This document shows, one piece after another, positions 30,901 through 42,200 of a stretch of 64,000 nt of DNA; the first letter of the stretch is position 1, and every line of letters starts with the position of its first letter. Source of the DNA: an uncultured virus (IMG/VR IMGVR_UViG_3300037189_006336). Its lineage: Duplodnaviria; Heunggongvirae; Uroviricota; Caudoviricetes. The notes below the pieces were generated by a model that was not told the origin of the DNA, searched no databases, and saw only the letters and a program-made list of their open reading frames with translations. The stretch is from the IMG/VR virus record IMGVR_UViG_3300037189_006336, positions 1-64,000 of that record. The stretch is one strand, 5' to 3'. Made by a program: the position numbers and the translations under genes.

Positions 30901-33256
30901 AGCTGTAGAAACAAAAGAAGAACCTACTGAACTTGTATATGATATAAATCATTTTAAAGATTTTATTAATGAAGAGTATGATAATGAGAAGAAAGAAAAT
31001 GAAAACTTTACATTATCTAAGAATGAGTGGATAAAAAGTGGTGCTGTTAATAGACATATAGCAGCATATAACATGTTACATAATGCTAAATACAGTTCTG
31101 AAGATTTAGAAAAAAAAGCTGACAAAAAAACTGAAGCTCCTGTTCTTGAACCTAAACCAGAAAAAAAGGTTATAGGTAAAATGTTGTTTGATGGTAAAGT
31201 TGGAAGAATAGTAGAGAAAAATATAATATCACCGGCAGATTTAGCCAACCCTGATATTGAAGAAAAAAAATCAACTTTTACATATTTAGATGATGAAGAT
31301 AAAGAACATCATGTAGAGATGTTCTTAAAAAAGAATGAAGAAGGTATATATGTACCAGAAGATTTTGTTAATGCTGACACAGGTGAAATAATAGATGTAC
31401 AACCGTATACACCTACACAAGAACAACAAAAGAAAGAACCGGTTACTAAATCTGAAACAAAAGAAAGTGTATTAAAAGAAGATACTCCAACTGGAGAAAG
31501 ACCTTCTAATGAACCATACACTGCAGAAGGTGTGGTAAAAGATATTGATCAACCAGGTTTAAACAAAAGAAGTGAGATTGAAAAGATAGCTCAAGAAGCT
31601 GAAGAAAGTACTGAGCATATTTCAAGAGCTAAACAAGTTGCTCCTTTTAACTCATTAGCTAATGCTACAGATTTAACCACGGTTGTTGTAGATACTAATA
31701 CAAATACACAACGATATGAAAGAGGTGAAGTTAATAAAAACTATATAGGTTCTGTAGCTACATCTCAGTTTATGCCAGGAGCTTTTGTTACTTATAAAGT
31801 TATTACAAATCAAGATGAACCTGTAGTTAACAGACTTACCGGTGAAACTTATAATATCAAAGATAACTTTGATGAGAAAGGTAAAATTAAAGAAGATAAG
31901 TATGACAAAACTCCTATTGGTGTGTATGCAACATTCAATGGTAAAGAAGAGCTTATAGGTCATTTACACGAACCATCTTGGATAGAAACTAAGAAGGGTG
32001 ATAACTATGTTCACATTGCAATACCAGATGATCAAAAAGGAATGAAGGTTCCTACAGTTGTAGCTGATCAAGTAGAAAAGAATAAACAATTAAGAAAGAA
32101 AATCATTAGCGAATTCAATAAAGATCCTAACTTTGTATTTAACGCTCAAGTGAGTGATAAATCAATAGGTATGATAAGATTAGTAAATGAGTTAGGATTG
32201 TTAAAAGATAGAGTTAATCCTGAAATAGGTAAGGGCGGTATTGAAAATAGACATGGTATGTTTGGTATTGTAAGGGGTGGTAATATTCATATAGATTCAG
32301 AAACTATAGGAAATGTTATATCAACAAAAGCTTTTTCTCTAGAGAATATAAGCAAATACGAAGGTATACCTGTATTATTGATTCCTACACCAACAGGTGA
32401 ATTATTTCCTTCATTTATACAAATACCTAGAGTTGCTAAAGATCAAGCTCAGTTTATATCTAGAGCGTGGAAAGCTTTTACAGATAAAACAACAACAGAC
32501 ACTGAAATAGTTGATGCTGTTTATAAAGCCATGGGAGCTACATATACAGAAGGTGATAAACCAGATGTATTCATGTTGAAAGACTATATTAACGCTTATA
32601 TAACGATGCTTTCTGCAAAAAGTATTATAAAACTTAGTAATAAGAATCCTAATATACCGTTAGGATCAGCTAGACTTAATATTACAAAAGATGGTATGTT
32701 ACAATTTATAGCTTATTTAGATAGTAAAAAAGGTGTTGAAAAACATTATGTCTCACCTGGAAATAATATATCATCAGAGTTAGAAACAAAGTTTGAAAAA
32801 CTTCTTACTACAGTTAAATTTTCAGAAAGAGGATTATCACAAGGTATTAATAGTGAGAAATCTATTACAGCTTTATCTGTAAAAGATGGTAAGCTTAAAG
32901 TTGATACTATGCCATATAATCAGTATATTATGGAGAGAGCCTCTACATTTATAGATAAGGGAATCCCATCTAAAAATAATAACAATGACTGGATATATTT
33001 TGCTAATCCAGTTATCAAAATGGATATTATTAATAAACCTGTAGAAGATATTACTACTTTTCAACAAAAAGAAGAAGTTAAATCTGAGACTCCTGTTACA
33101 GCAGAGAGTGTATCAGAAGCTCCAAAAGAAACAGCTGCTCAAAAGCTTTTAGCTAAACTTAATGCTGTAAAGATTTCTGATAAAGAAGTAGAAGATGCTA
33201 AAGATAAATGTAGTGGTATTACTCAAGCAATGAATGATTTAGAAGAACTATCTTAA
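27932..33256 (+). CDS. Large putative ejection protein with possible membrane-inserting segments
   Basis: 1774 aa; Gly/Ala-rich hydrophobic stretches (GFAIGAGLQFALESFLTAGVG; FLMGALTGALL), EGLQE motif, long coiled coils; directly precedes the RNAP gene. Confidence 0.55.
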   Translation: MADNTIQPSGLSLQSNTLDSIGQTGRDLALGQMKDIASSYTNDTPTNLINGQTITDLISKTSANQALNTSLQGGIDLNNSKKNNNHFDVFAAADKMNQEMLAAPPSFDFLKQSKGIGTGEDYSRYSQSGNFQAFGYTPGAGDRQEYKYGEAMTWGDTIGRAIGGGANLALETFEEGWKGWGRMTSALFNWDSSKLMGSEEERYDLSKQQEDIFNKYALYDTKDSKDSVWNRQFFGSMLQQSGFAIGAGLQFALESFLTAGVGTVFEGIGVASMGSNFIKASELINDTRKVSSELLRSERVTSSIANIAKEVVPLYGTIDEMLKLNKAGAGTLQLAMTGIGGVKRTLSEFNMARSEAIYEAASTYKQLQDKLVNNYIQENGKEPSSDDLEKIKQTAENASHDNFWVNMGVLSVMNRMQFDNMFKSFNSTRRIFNEGVHELENEAYKVSIKQGEKELEKAYAKHWFFGSLGAVPEISKDFGKKAAAWEATKILGKGLMKIEGSEGLQELIQSASDKGLEDYYYDLYHGSKGYGDTSLQKRLDKYDYIKSGFIDQVGSEEGLKTFLMGALTGALLSPGSKVIEHVNELRADSKGRKEDAEYQTRYQRAKENIALVNEWYTSDKAKFKNEWIANIKIQNKAALSMEEAAKNHNKYVFYNYKDSAFAKMVGSAIKLNMYDSVRDSIKELGDDIKTDEEFKQAFNMDPTKENRSNVKAFMNNIAGQLDEYYTTYSNLKDKYGDIVIPELYKNNDKETYNQIKLSKLAVDDAIEILTTNVHKAKQSVKRAVALQKELGENKNIGGSSIQILTRMGSEQAIKDSINTLTSEIKNLEQFDGTISKEQKELLKSKKIELELTNAWKDAHDSIMSNDEESFSPAVERRAYNTFKDLVNHFNEQSKLSTVLSKEDVDDNFIKFVDYIKLNKDNKAYVDAVNLLADPKNFKLVTASMKSAYEKVNEIFHKEHVEEIKKASGIPAEDLKEETKTTSKTPAATPGAVETKEEPTELVYDINHFKDFINEEYDNEKKENENFTLSKNEWIKSGAVNRHIAAYNMLHNAKYSSEDLEKKADKKTEAPVLEPKPEKKVIGKMLFDGKVGRIVEKNIISPADLANPDIEEKKSTFTYLDDEDKEHHVEMFLKKNEEGIYVPEDFVNADTGEIIDVQPYTPTQEQQKKEPVTKSETKESVLKEDTPTGERPSNEPYTAEGVVKDIDQPGLNKRSEIEKIAQEAEESTEHISRAKQVAPFNSLANATDLTTVVVDTNTNTQRYERGEVNKNYIGSVATSQFMPGAFVTYKVITNQDEPVVNRLTGETYNIKDNFDEKGKIKEDKYDKTPIGVYATFNGKEELIGHLHEPSWIETKKGDNYVHIAIPDDQKGMKVPTVVADQVEKNKQLRKKIISEFNKDPNFVFNAQVSDKSIGMIRLVNELGLLKDRVNPEIGKGGIENRHGMFGIVRGGNIHIDSETIGNVISTKAFSLENISKYEGIPVLLIPTPTGELFPSFIQIPRVAKDQAQFISRAWKAFTDKTTTDTEIVDAVYKAMGATYTEGDKPDVFMLKDYINAYITMLSAKSIIKLSNKNPNIPLGSARLNITKDGMLQFIAYLDSKKGVEKHYVSPGNNISSELETKFEKLLTTVKFSERGLSQGINSEKSITALSVKDGKLKVDTMPYNQYIMERASTFIDKGIPSKNNNNDWIYFANPVIKMDIINKPVEDITTFQQKEEVKSETPVTAESVSEAPKETAAQKLLAKLNAVKISDKEVEDAKDKCSGITQAMNDLEELS

Positions 33257-33265
33257 TAATAAAAT

Positions 33266-36200
33266 ATGCTTTGTCCTAATATAAAAAGTCCTAAGTGGCA
33301 TAACCTTGTAGAAAAAATTGGTGAAACTAATGCTTGGAGAGAGTTCTTAGCTCATGGTGAAATACCAGAAGCTAATAAGTATGAACAATCTGAAGGTAAT
33401 AAAATACAGTATTCTATTCGTACTAAAACTACAGAAGAGATCCAAGAAAGTTTAAAAAATGAAAATGTTAAAACTGGTAATACCATAAAGTATACAAATG
33501 CTGTTAAGTCAATGTTACTAGCAAGGATTGGTGATATTACTCCAAATGTAGAGTTAACAACTAATCCAACTACTGCTTTTAATAATATTAAAGATACTTT
33601 TAATAATATTAAAAATGGACTTATTTTATTAATGGATAGTGTACCAGATGAAGCTACTTATAATGAGGTAGTATCATCACCAGAGTATTCTTCTGGTGAA
33701 ATACAAAAATTATTACCAACACTTAAATATATTAAATCTTATGAAGATATAGGTAAAGCATTATCTATGTATTCTAGTTTAGTAGAAGACTTTGATAAGT
33801 ATAAAGAATATGCTACAGCTGATCTTTCTAAACTAGGTGTTATTATAAAAAATAACAAGATTACAAAAGTTGATACTAAAGATGAGAATAATGATAAAAC
33901 AGATGATGAAAAAGATGAAATAGAAATTACAGCTGTTGAACAAGGTTCTCAATTTGCAGATGGTAGACAATTTCAAACAAATACAAGGGATACAGCTAGT
34001 CAAAGAGTAAAAGCTTTACTTCATACTATTAAAACAGGTGAAACAGAATTTGGTCTTCCTTTATATGCTAGTCCAGATGATGTTAATGATGATATATTAC
34101 ACATTGGTTCTAAAATGAAACTTACAAACTTTGGTAACAATGAAAGTAAGTTGACTGAGTTTAATAAAGCTTTAGCTGAGCGCGCTGCAACAAGAACTTA
34201 TTTAGGAGATTTACAAGCTAAGATTGCTAATTATATAAATAAAGGTGATACAACAGTTCTTAATCAGATAGTGACATATGCTACTAAAGCATATGCTAAT
34301 GAAAACATCTTATTATATAAATCTGAAAGAATAGGTAATGATATAACCGGAATTAGTAATGTTAAAATATTTGGAAATAATCGTGACTCTGTTGAAGAAC
34401 AAGTAGCTAGAGATTGGGTTGCTAGTCATGTATCATCTAGTACAGGGTTTTATATTACTAACGCATTAAATGAAAGATTTCCAAATCCAGTTAAAGTTGA
34501 TCAATTAAAAAATATTATAGAAAAAGCTAAAGAAGTAAATAGTGATAAAAAAGAACTATTTAAAAACTTCTTTGATACACTTGGTATTACATTTAGTGAC
34601 CAGGATATGAATGTTATATATAATAATCTTGCTACTAGTATTAGAAAAGGACAAACTTTTGATAGTTTGTTTGCGCCTAATAATATGTTGGATAATATAT
34701 ATAAGAGTTATAATGATAATTTAAATACTGCATTTGAAAATCAATATGGTTTTCAAGATCAGGGTACGACTATGAGTAAGTTAGCTACTATGTACTATGA
34801 TCTAAATCCTCAAAAGTATAATGTTGTATCTGCTACAAGCGCGGATGGTAAAAATAAATACCTTTATATAGAAACATCACATGTTGAAAATATAAAAAGA
34901 AACTGGGAAACTGATAGAGAAAAAGGTACCAGTACACATAGAGTGTTTAAATCTGCATTTGCTAAACCTAATTTAGACTTCTGGAATGATGCTAAAACAG
35001 GTAAGACTAAGTTTAAACTTGAATACTTTAACGGTAGCCGAGATGAGTCATCTAATAGAGATGGTAAAGTAAGAAAAAACTTTACATCAAAAGAACAAAC
35101 TGTTAGTATGTTTTTAAATCATCAAACAGCTAACACATATATTAGCTTTACCTTATCTGATAAAACATCTAGTTTACAAACAACTATAGATAAAGAATTC
35201 TTTATTGATTCTAAAAAGAAAGAAAGTGGTAGTTCTAATCCAATGGGTAAGAATGTTGATTTTGGTATAAGTCAATCTACTGGAGCGGCTATATATAGTG
35301 AAGCATTTAAAAATAAACTATATATGAATCTTGTAGCTCCTGAAATATCTAGAATACAAGCTTCTATAAAAGCCGGTGATCGTATTAACGTAGAAGATTT
35401 TCAAACAGCTTCTAAGTTGTTTTATATTATTCCAAGTATTAATATTGATGAAAGACTTGAAGACTTTAGAAAAGATCTTTATGCTGGAAATAATGTATCT
35501 AAATATAGAGCTTTAATTGGTCAGGTTGTTTTAGATGATATGATAAAGTCATCTGAAAAACAATTAGAAAAGTTGGTAGAAAATGATGTTATAAGAAGAA
35601 GTGATAAAGATGTATATACTTTTCATTTATTTAATAAAGACTATGTAAATAGATTTAGACAAACAGGTTTGGTAAATAGAAACTTGGCTCTAACTATGAT
35701 AATGGATCTAAAGACAAACTATATGAATGCTCAGGTTAAAAACCTACAGTTTTTTGGTTTTGATCCTATGAATGCTTTCAAACGTTATAGTAAATCTTTT
35801 ACAGAAACGGATATAACTAAGTTTACAGTTGATGATAAATTAAAATGTATAAACTCTACATGGGATGAGTTTTCTAAACGTGCGGCTGGTCTTATAGCTC
35901 CAGGATCTCAAGGAACCTGGATATGGAATAATGTTAATGGTAAAGAATATCGTAGTACAACATATAAAGCTGTTACAGCTAAAGATGTTAAAATAGCCGG
36001 TAGTGAAACAACTGATGCTCAAGAGTTTACTACAGTACAAGAACATATAGATTTCTTAATGAGTGAAGGAGATATACCATTAAGTATATGGCAATCTATC
36101 CACGATAAAATAGAAGCAGCTAAAAATACAAAAGATAAGTATTATGAACTTACAGGTAAAGAAATGGAATATCTGATGAGTCCTATTAAACCTGTACAGT

Positions 36201-39200
36201 TTGCTGATGTAAATGAAGCTGAAAATCTTAATAGGATAGATTATGTTAAGTCATCAAGGTTTCCGTTAATTCCTCAAAATGAAATACACTCTGAACGTAA
36301 TAAGTTGAGACTATTAATGGAGAACAATGACATCCAATCTGTCAACTTTGCTTCAGCTAAAAAACTTGGTAGACCTTCTGAGTCTATACAATTATTTGAT
36401 GAGAATAATAATTTTGTAATACCAGATTTAACCAGTAAAGAAAATACATTTTATCAAACTCTAACTAGAGATGGTTTAAGAAAACAACAAGTTGTACCTG
36501 ATCAAAAAGATCATATAATGACAATTAGTCAGATGAATCGTACTCTTCTAGATGGTCTTCTTGAAAGTGATGGGTTTAAACTTAAAGACTTATCTCTAAA
36601 AGGATCTGAACTTAAAAAGTATAAAGAAGCTGTAAGAAGTAAATTATTCGAGTTAGCCACTAAAAAATTAGATGATGAACTTGGAGATTTGAGTAGATCA
36701 CATAGAGGATTACATAAACTACTTACAGATGTAATAAAATCAGATACTACAGGTAGTTATACAAGTAATGATCTTAGAGCTTTAGAGCTAGGCGCAGATG
36801 GTAAGTTTAAAATACCACTAGAAGTACAGTTTAAGTATAACAAGTATCAATCTCTAATTAACTCACTTATAAACAAGAACATAATGTTAAAAGTTAACGG
36901 TTCTAGTTTTATTCAAGTCAGTGGTATTGGTGCCAAGTATACTTTTTCTGAAACAAGTAGTAATTTAAAATCTGGTATTATCTGGGTTGATAAGCATATT
37001 AAAGATGGTGAACCAACAACTCTTAAATATCTTCGTAATGAAGATGGTAAGATACAAGGGGCCCAGGTAATAGTATCACAATACATAAGAGATGAAAAAG
37101 GAAAACTAATAGATTTATCACAGTTTATAATAACAGATGAAACTGGAAGAAAGATATTAGATACACACGCTTTTACTGATGATATGTTTCAAATGATTGC
37201 GTCACGTATTCCAAATCAGTCTCATCCATCTATGCTTCCTATAGAAGTGGTAGGTTTCTTATCAGGTAATGTACAAAACAGTATTATTGTACCAGATGGT
37301 ATTACCGGTCAAATGGGATCTGACTTTGACGTAGATAAATTATTTACATATCTTTCTAATACAGTTATAAGAAGAAACGATAATGGTAAGATAGATAGAG
37401 TAATGTCTACTGACTATAATCTTAAATCTATAGATGATATAAATAGTATGAATGAAGAACAGTTATTACAGTTGTATAAAGATATACACTGGGCGGCTCT
37501 TACTCATCCTGAAGCATTTGATAAGATAACAAGCTCAGTAGATTTACCGGAAGTAAAAGGAATGATAGCTGATAGAAATGTGTTATTAGAAAAATACGGT
37601 ATTTCTAAAAATATTACATCTTCTCTACCTCTTGATTTTAATACTAGTACTGATAGGTTTAATGATAACAGATCTGCTAAAGATGGGGTTGCTATATTCG
37701 CAAACTATATCTCAGCTCAAGCTGATTTTCAAGATAAAGTTATTACACTAGGTTACACTGATAAAGAAGGTGAAGCTATACTGAACGGTATACAAGTTAA
37801 ATTAGATAAAAATAAACCAGTTACAGAATTATTATACCTTGGTAAAGAAGGTAAGTCTGAGTCATTAACAAAAGACGATAAAGGTAAAACACTTCCATTG
37901 CGTACTATAGGTGATGTTGTTAATATGATGATGACAGAGTCAGTTGATAATGTTAAAAATCAAAACCTAAAAGAATTCAATTGGGATAAGAAATCTATGT
38001 CCGCTATTGGAGTATTTAGTATGTTAACTGATGAAGATGGAAACGCCCCATCTGTTGAGTTTAGCGCAAACTTAACATCTCAATACACTATTTACAAATA
38101 TTTCAATATACTAGAACAAAAACAAGATAGTTTTGGTGAGTATGATGCTGACGCTAAAAAGAATGCTTTTCTTGAAACACAAGATTCTCTTATAAAGAGA
38201 ATTGAAAAATATAAGTTACTTCCTGCTAATGTAGTAGTAGAACAATACTTATCTGATCCTGATAGAAAAGATAAAGTGTTAGATCCAGCTACATTAAAAG
38301 ATATGTGGGTTGTAGGTATGGCTTTACAAGATGGTGGTTATAAAGAGTATCAAGATAAAGTAACAGCTAGTCAACCAACAACTGATACAAAACTTATGAA
38401 GATCGCTGCAGATTTAAACTTTAAATCTGTAAATGATATGCTATTGAAATATTATACAACACAGTTTGATAGTCTTGAATTATTTGATAAATTAGATAAT
38501 CTTGGTCAAGAATTCAACACTATTCTTGGTAGTGTATATACTTATACAAAAGGTATTGGTTCAGACGTATTTACAACTAAACAAAAGATTAATCAATTGA
38601 TGAAGTTAAAAACATCATCAAACTTTTTAAATCTAGATAAAATAGCCGGTAATATAGATAGAGATGAAAATACTGGTATGGTTAATATATCACCTATTGG
38701 AGAAATTGGTAACGCTATTAATAATTCTTTAATAAAAGCACAATCTTATTATCAAAAGTTATTTCCTATAAGTGTTAGTAAGTCTATTGATAAAATAGCC
38801 GGTGCATTAGTATCTACTACAGGTGTAGCTAGATTAACTGATGTAGGTAAGAATAAATTTGTTTCTACTTATAATGATGCTTTTAGAGGTATTAAGAACT
38901 ATTTATTTACTGAAAGAGGTCTTGAATTATTTTCTAATGCTATAGAAGAAAGAGAGAAACTTATTAATGGACCAACGTCTATTGGAGCGCGAGTAGCTGC
39001 TATAAAACAAAGCGGAGATAAACAGTTATCTAGTAATGGGTTCTTAAAGAATATAGATGTAACTGCTCAGATAAAAGGTGGTGATGCATATGTTATGAGT
39101 TTTAAATCACCATTTGGTGGTGATATAGATGAAAACATAGTTGCTTCTGGTTTCTATGAATTAGTTAATCACCCTAAAGAAGAGATAAGACAACTTGCTA

Positions 39201-42200
39201 AAGACTTAGCTATATATCCTTTTGCTACAGGAGATGCTGGTAATATAGGTAGATTTATACCTGTAGAATACTTGATGACTGATAAGGACTTTAACAAAGC
39301 TATGAAAGACTTAAACTCAACTTATAGTTCTGAAATATTAATTGATAACCCTTATACATTAGATACACTTATAAAACAAATTGTACAAAATGATCCTAAG
39401 ACATATAGTAAGAAGTTTAAGTTTGGTACTATTATAGAACAAGGAGAGAATGATAATACTTTCAAGAAGCTAATAAAACAATCAGGTATTCTTGAAGCTG
39501 GTGTTAATGATTTATCTAAAGTTCCTAGTTTTAAATTAAAAATTGGTACGTTAGAAGATTATGCTAAAGCTAATCCAAAAGCTTCAGGAATAGTGAGTTC
39601 TTTTAAAGTTCCTTTATCTGATGATGAGAAAGAAAGACTTGGTGATAAAGCTTTATATATAGACTTTAAATATCCTGATTATGTAATGATTACAGATAGT
39701 GTCGTTGATAATATGACAGAATATGGTGAGTACAACAGAGATAATAACTATCTGTATAAAAGGATGTCTAAAATAGGTGATCCTGAAGCTAGATATCAAC
39801 GTATTCCTATTTTAGGATATAAAAATATTAGAGAATTTGATTTTAAAAATGATTCTTTATATTCTGCTATTAAACAAAATCATATTGATAATAGTTTTGT
39901 TCCTCAAGTAAAAGCTCAAGAAGCTGAGAGTGTACAATCAGGAAATAATACATCTGATAAAATATATTCTGAATTAGGTGAAAAGACTCAATCTAAGAAT
40001 GTAATTCTTCCTAAAGATGTAGATCCTGAAGCTGATAATGTTGGTATGTCATATACTACAGCTATTGATTTTTGGAGAAAAATAGTACCAGAAGCAATGA
40101 CTCTGTATAATAAATCTCAACCGTTAATTGTAGCATTTAGAGGTGATTCTAAAAAAACATTCTTACAGAACTATAAAACTAGTACAAATACAATAGGTAA
40201 TCCTTTTGATTTTAGAGATGAAGCTGGTGATAGAAAACAACAAGGTATTACATCTACTAAGAAATTTATAGACTGGATGATTACTGGTAATAATCAAGGT
40301 AATCAAAATGCTACAGAAGAATATAGACAAGCTATTATAAATGATATCAAATCGGGAAGATTAAAGAATAGTTCTATATTATACTATGAAGAAAAAGGAT
40401 ACGCTACTCATGCGACAGCTTTAGATTATTTGATTAACAAATATGATTGGAGTAATCAAGAAACTAAAAATACATCTTCTCCTTTCATAGAAGGTGTACA
40501 TAAAACTTATGAAGGAAAGATAGAAAAATTAGCTCCTAATCAAGTGTATGTATTCGGTAGTAATCCAGAAGGAAGACATGGCGCTGGTTCAGCGTTAGAT
40601 GCTAGAAACAAGTTTGGAGCTATATATGGTAACGGAAGAGGAGAACAAGGACAATCATATGCTCTTGTTACTAAAAATCTTACTCCAGGGTACACTGAAA
40701 AATCTACAGGTATCACTTATGAAAAAGCTGGGGAAAAGAGTATAAGTAAAGAACAAATAACAAACAACATTAAAGACTTATATAAGATAGCTTCAGAAAA
40801 TCCTGAGAAAGAGTATGTAGTAGCTTATAAAAAAGATTCAAAAAATCTTAATGGATATTCTTCACAAGATATGGCTGATATGTTTTCTAGTCAACCTATT
40901 CCTAGTAATATGGTTTTTGAAAAAGGATTTAATGATTTAGTAAGATCTGGTCAAGAAAAAACTAATGTACAATCATCTAATACAGAACAATCAATAGATA
41001 AGAATAACAAAATAAATATCTATTCTACTGAAAAGAACGGATATGAAGACTTAAGTAACTTTGCTGTTAGACCTTTTGATGTTGGTGATAATTATAGATT
41101 TAATACAGTAGAAGGAGCTTTTCAAGCTTTTAAATTTAGCGAAACATTTCCTATACAAGATGATTATCAAGAAATAATCAAAAAACTACAAACAGCTAGC
41201 GGATCAGAAGCTAAAACTATTGGAAAAACTATTGAAAATCTTAATAAAGAAAAATGGGATGCTAAAAGTTCTTCAATAATGAAGACTGTATTAAAAGCTT
41301 CTTTTGAACAAAATCCTGAAGCTCTTGAAAAACTTTTATCTACAGGTAATGCTGAGCTCACTCATACACAAGATAATAGTAAATGGAAAACAGAGTTTCC
41401 TAGATTATTAATGGAAGTAAGAAATGAACTAAGAAATACAAAAACAATTGATCAACCAGCTTTTACAGAGTCTGAAGAACAACAACAAAAGACTAACAAC
41501 ATACAAACAGATATTGTTAAATATGGTAATGGATCATTTAGTTCACAATTTATTGTAGAACATGAGGGACCTTACTCTGGAGAACTTAAAAAAATATTTT
41601 ATGTAAGTAAAGGTGAAAAAGGTAAAGAAGTAACTGATCCTGGGCTGTTTTATAAAGTATCACTTAAACATGATACAATGATACATCCACAAGATGTTGT
41701 CACTATTAAACTAGGACTTAACGAACACTCATATTTTATTGATATGGAGGGTGCCGTTGTTTCTTTACAAGAAAGTAGTTATGGTACTCAGATTACATCA
41801 AAAGATGTTTTAAAAAGAATATTTCAAGAAAAAGATAAAAAACTTGAGGATAAGATTGTTGATCAACATAATGAAGATGTGGTAGAAAAGGTTCCTGAAG
41901 GTGAAAAACCTAAGTTTGAATATAATGGAACAAGTGTTACTACAGAGTTTCCTTTAAGTGAAGAACAATCACAAGCTCTTAAAAATCTTATTGATTTTGT
42001 TGAGAATAAAACTACAGGTGAAGGAGAATATAATGGTGTACATACTTTAGAAGGATATGCTGGTACAGGTAAGACATCTATTATTGGTATACTAGAAAAA
42101 TATATGAAAGTTAAAGGTGGTGGAGCTAAGTTTATATACATGGCACCTACTCACGCAGCTACTGTTGCTCTTGGTATAAACATTGTAAAATATGGATCTA

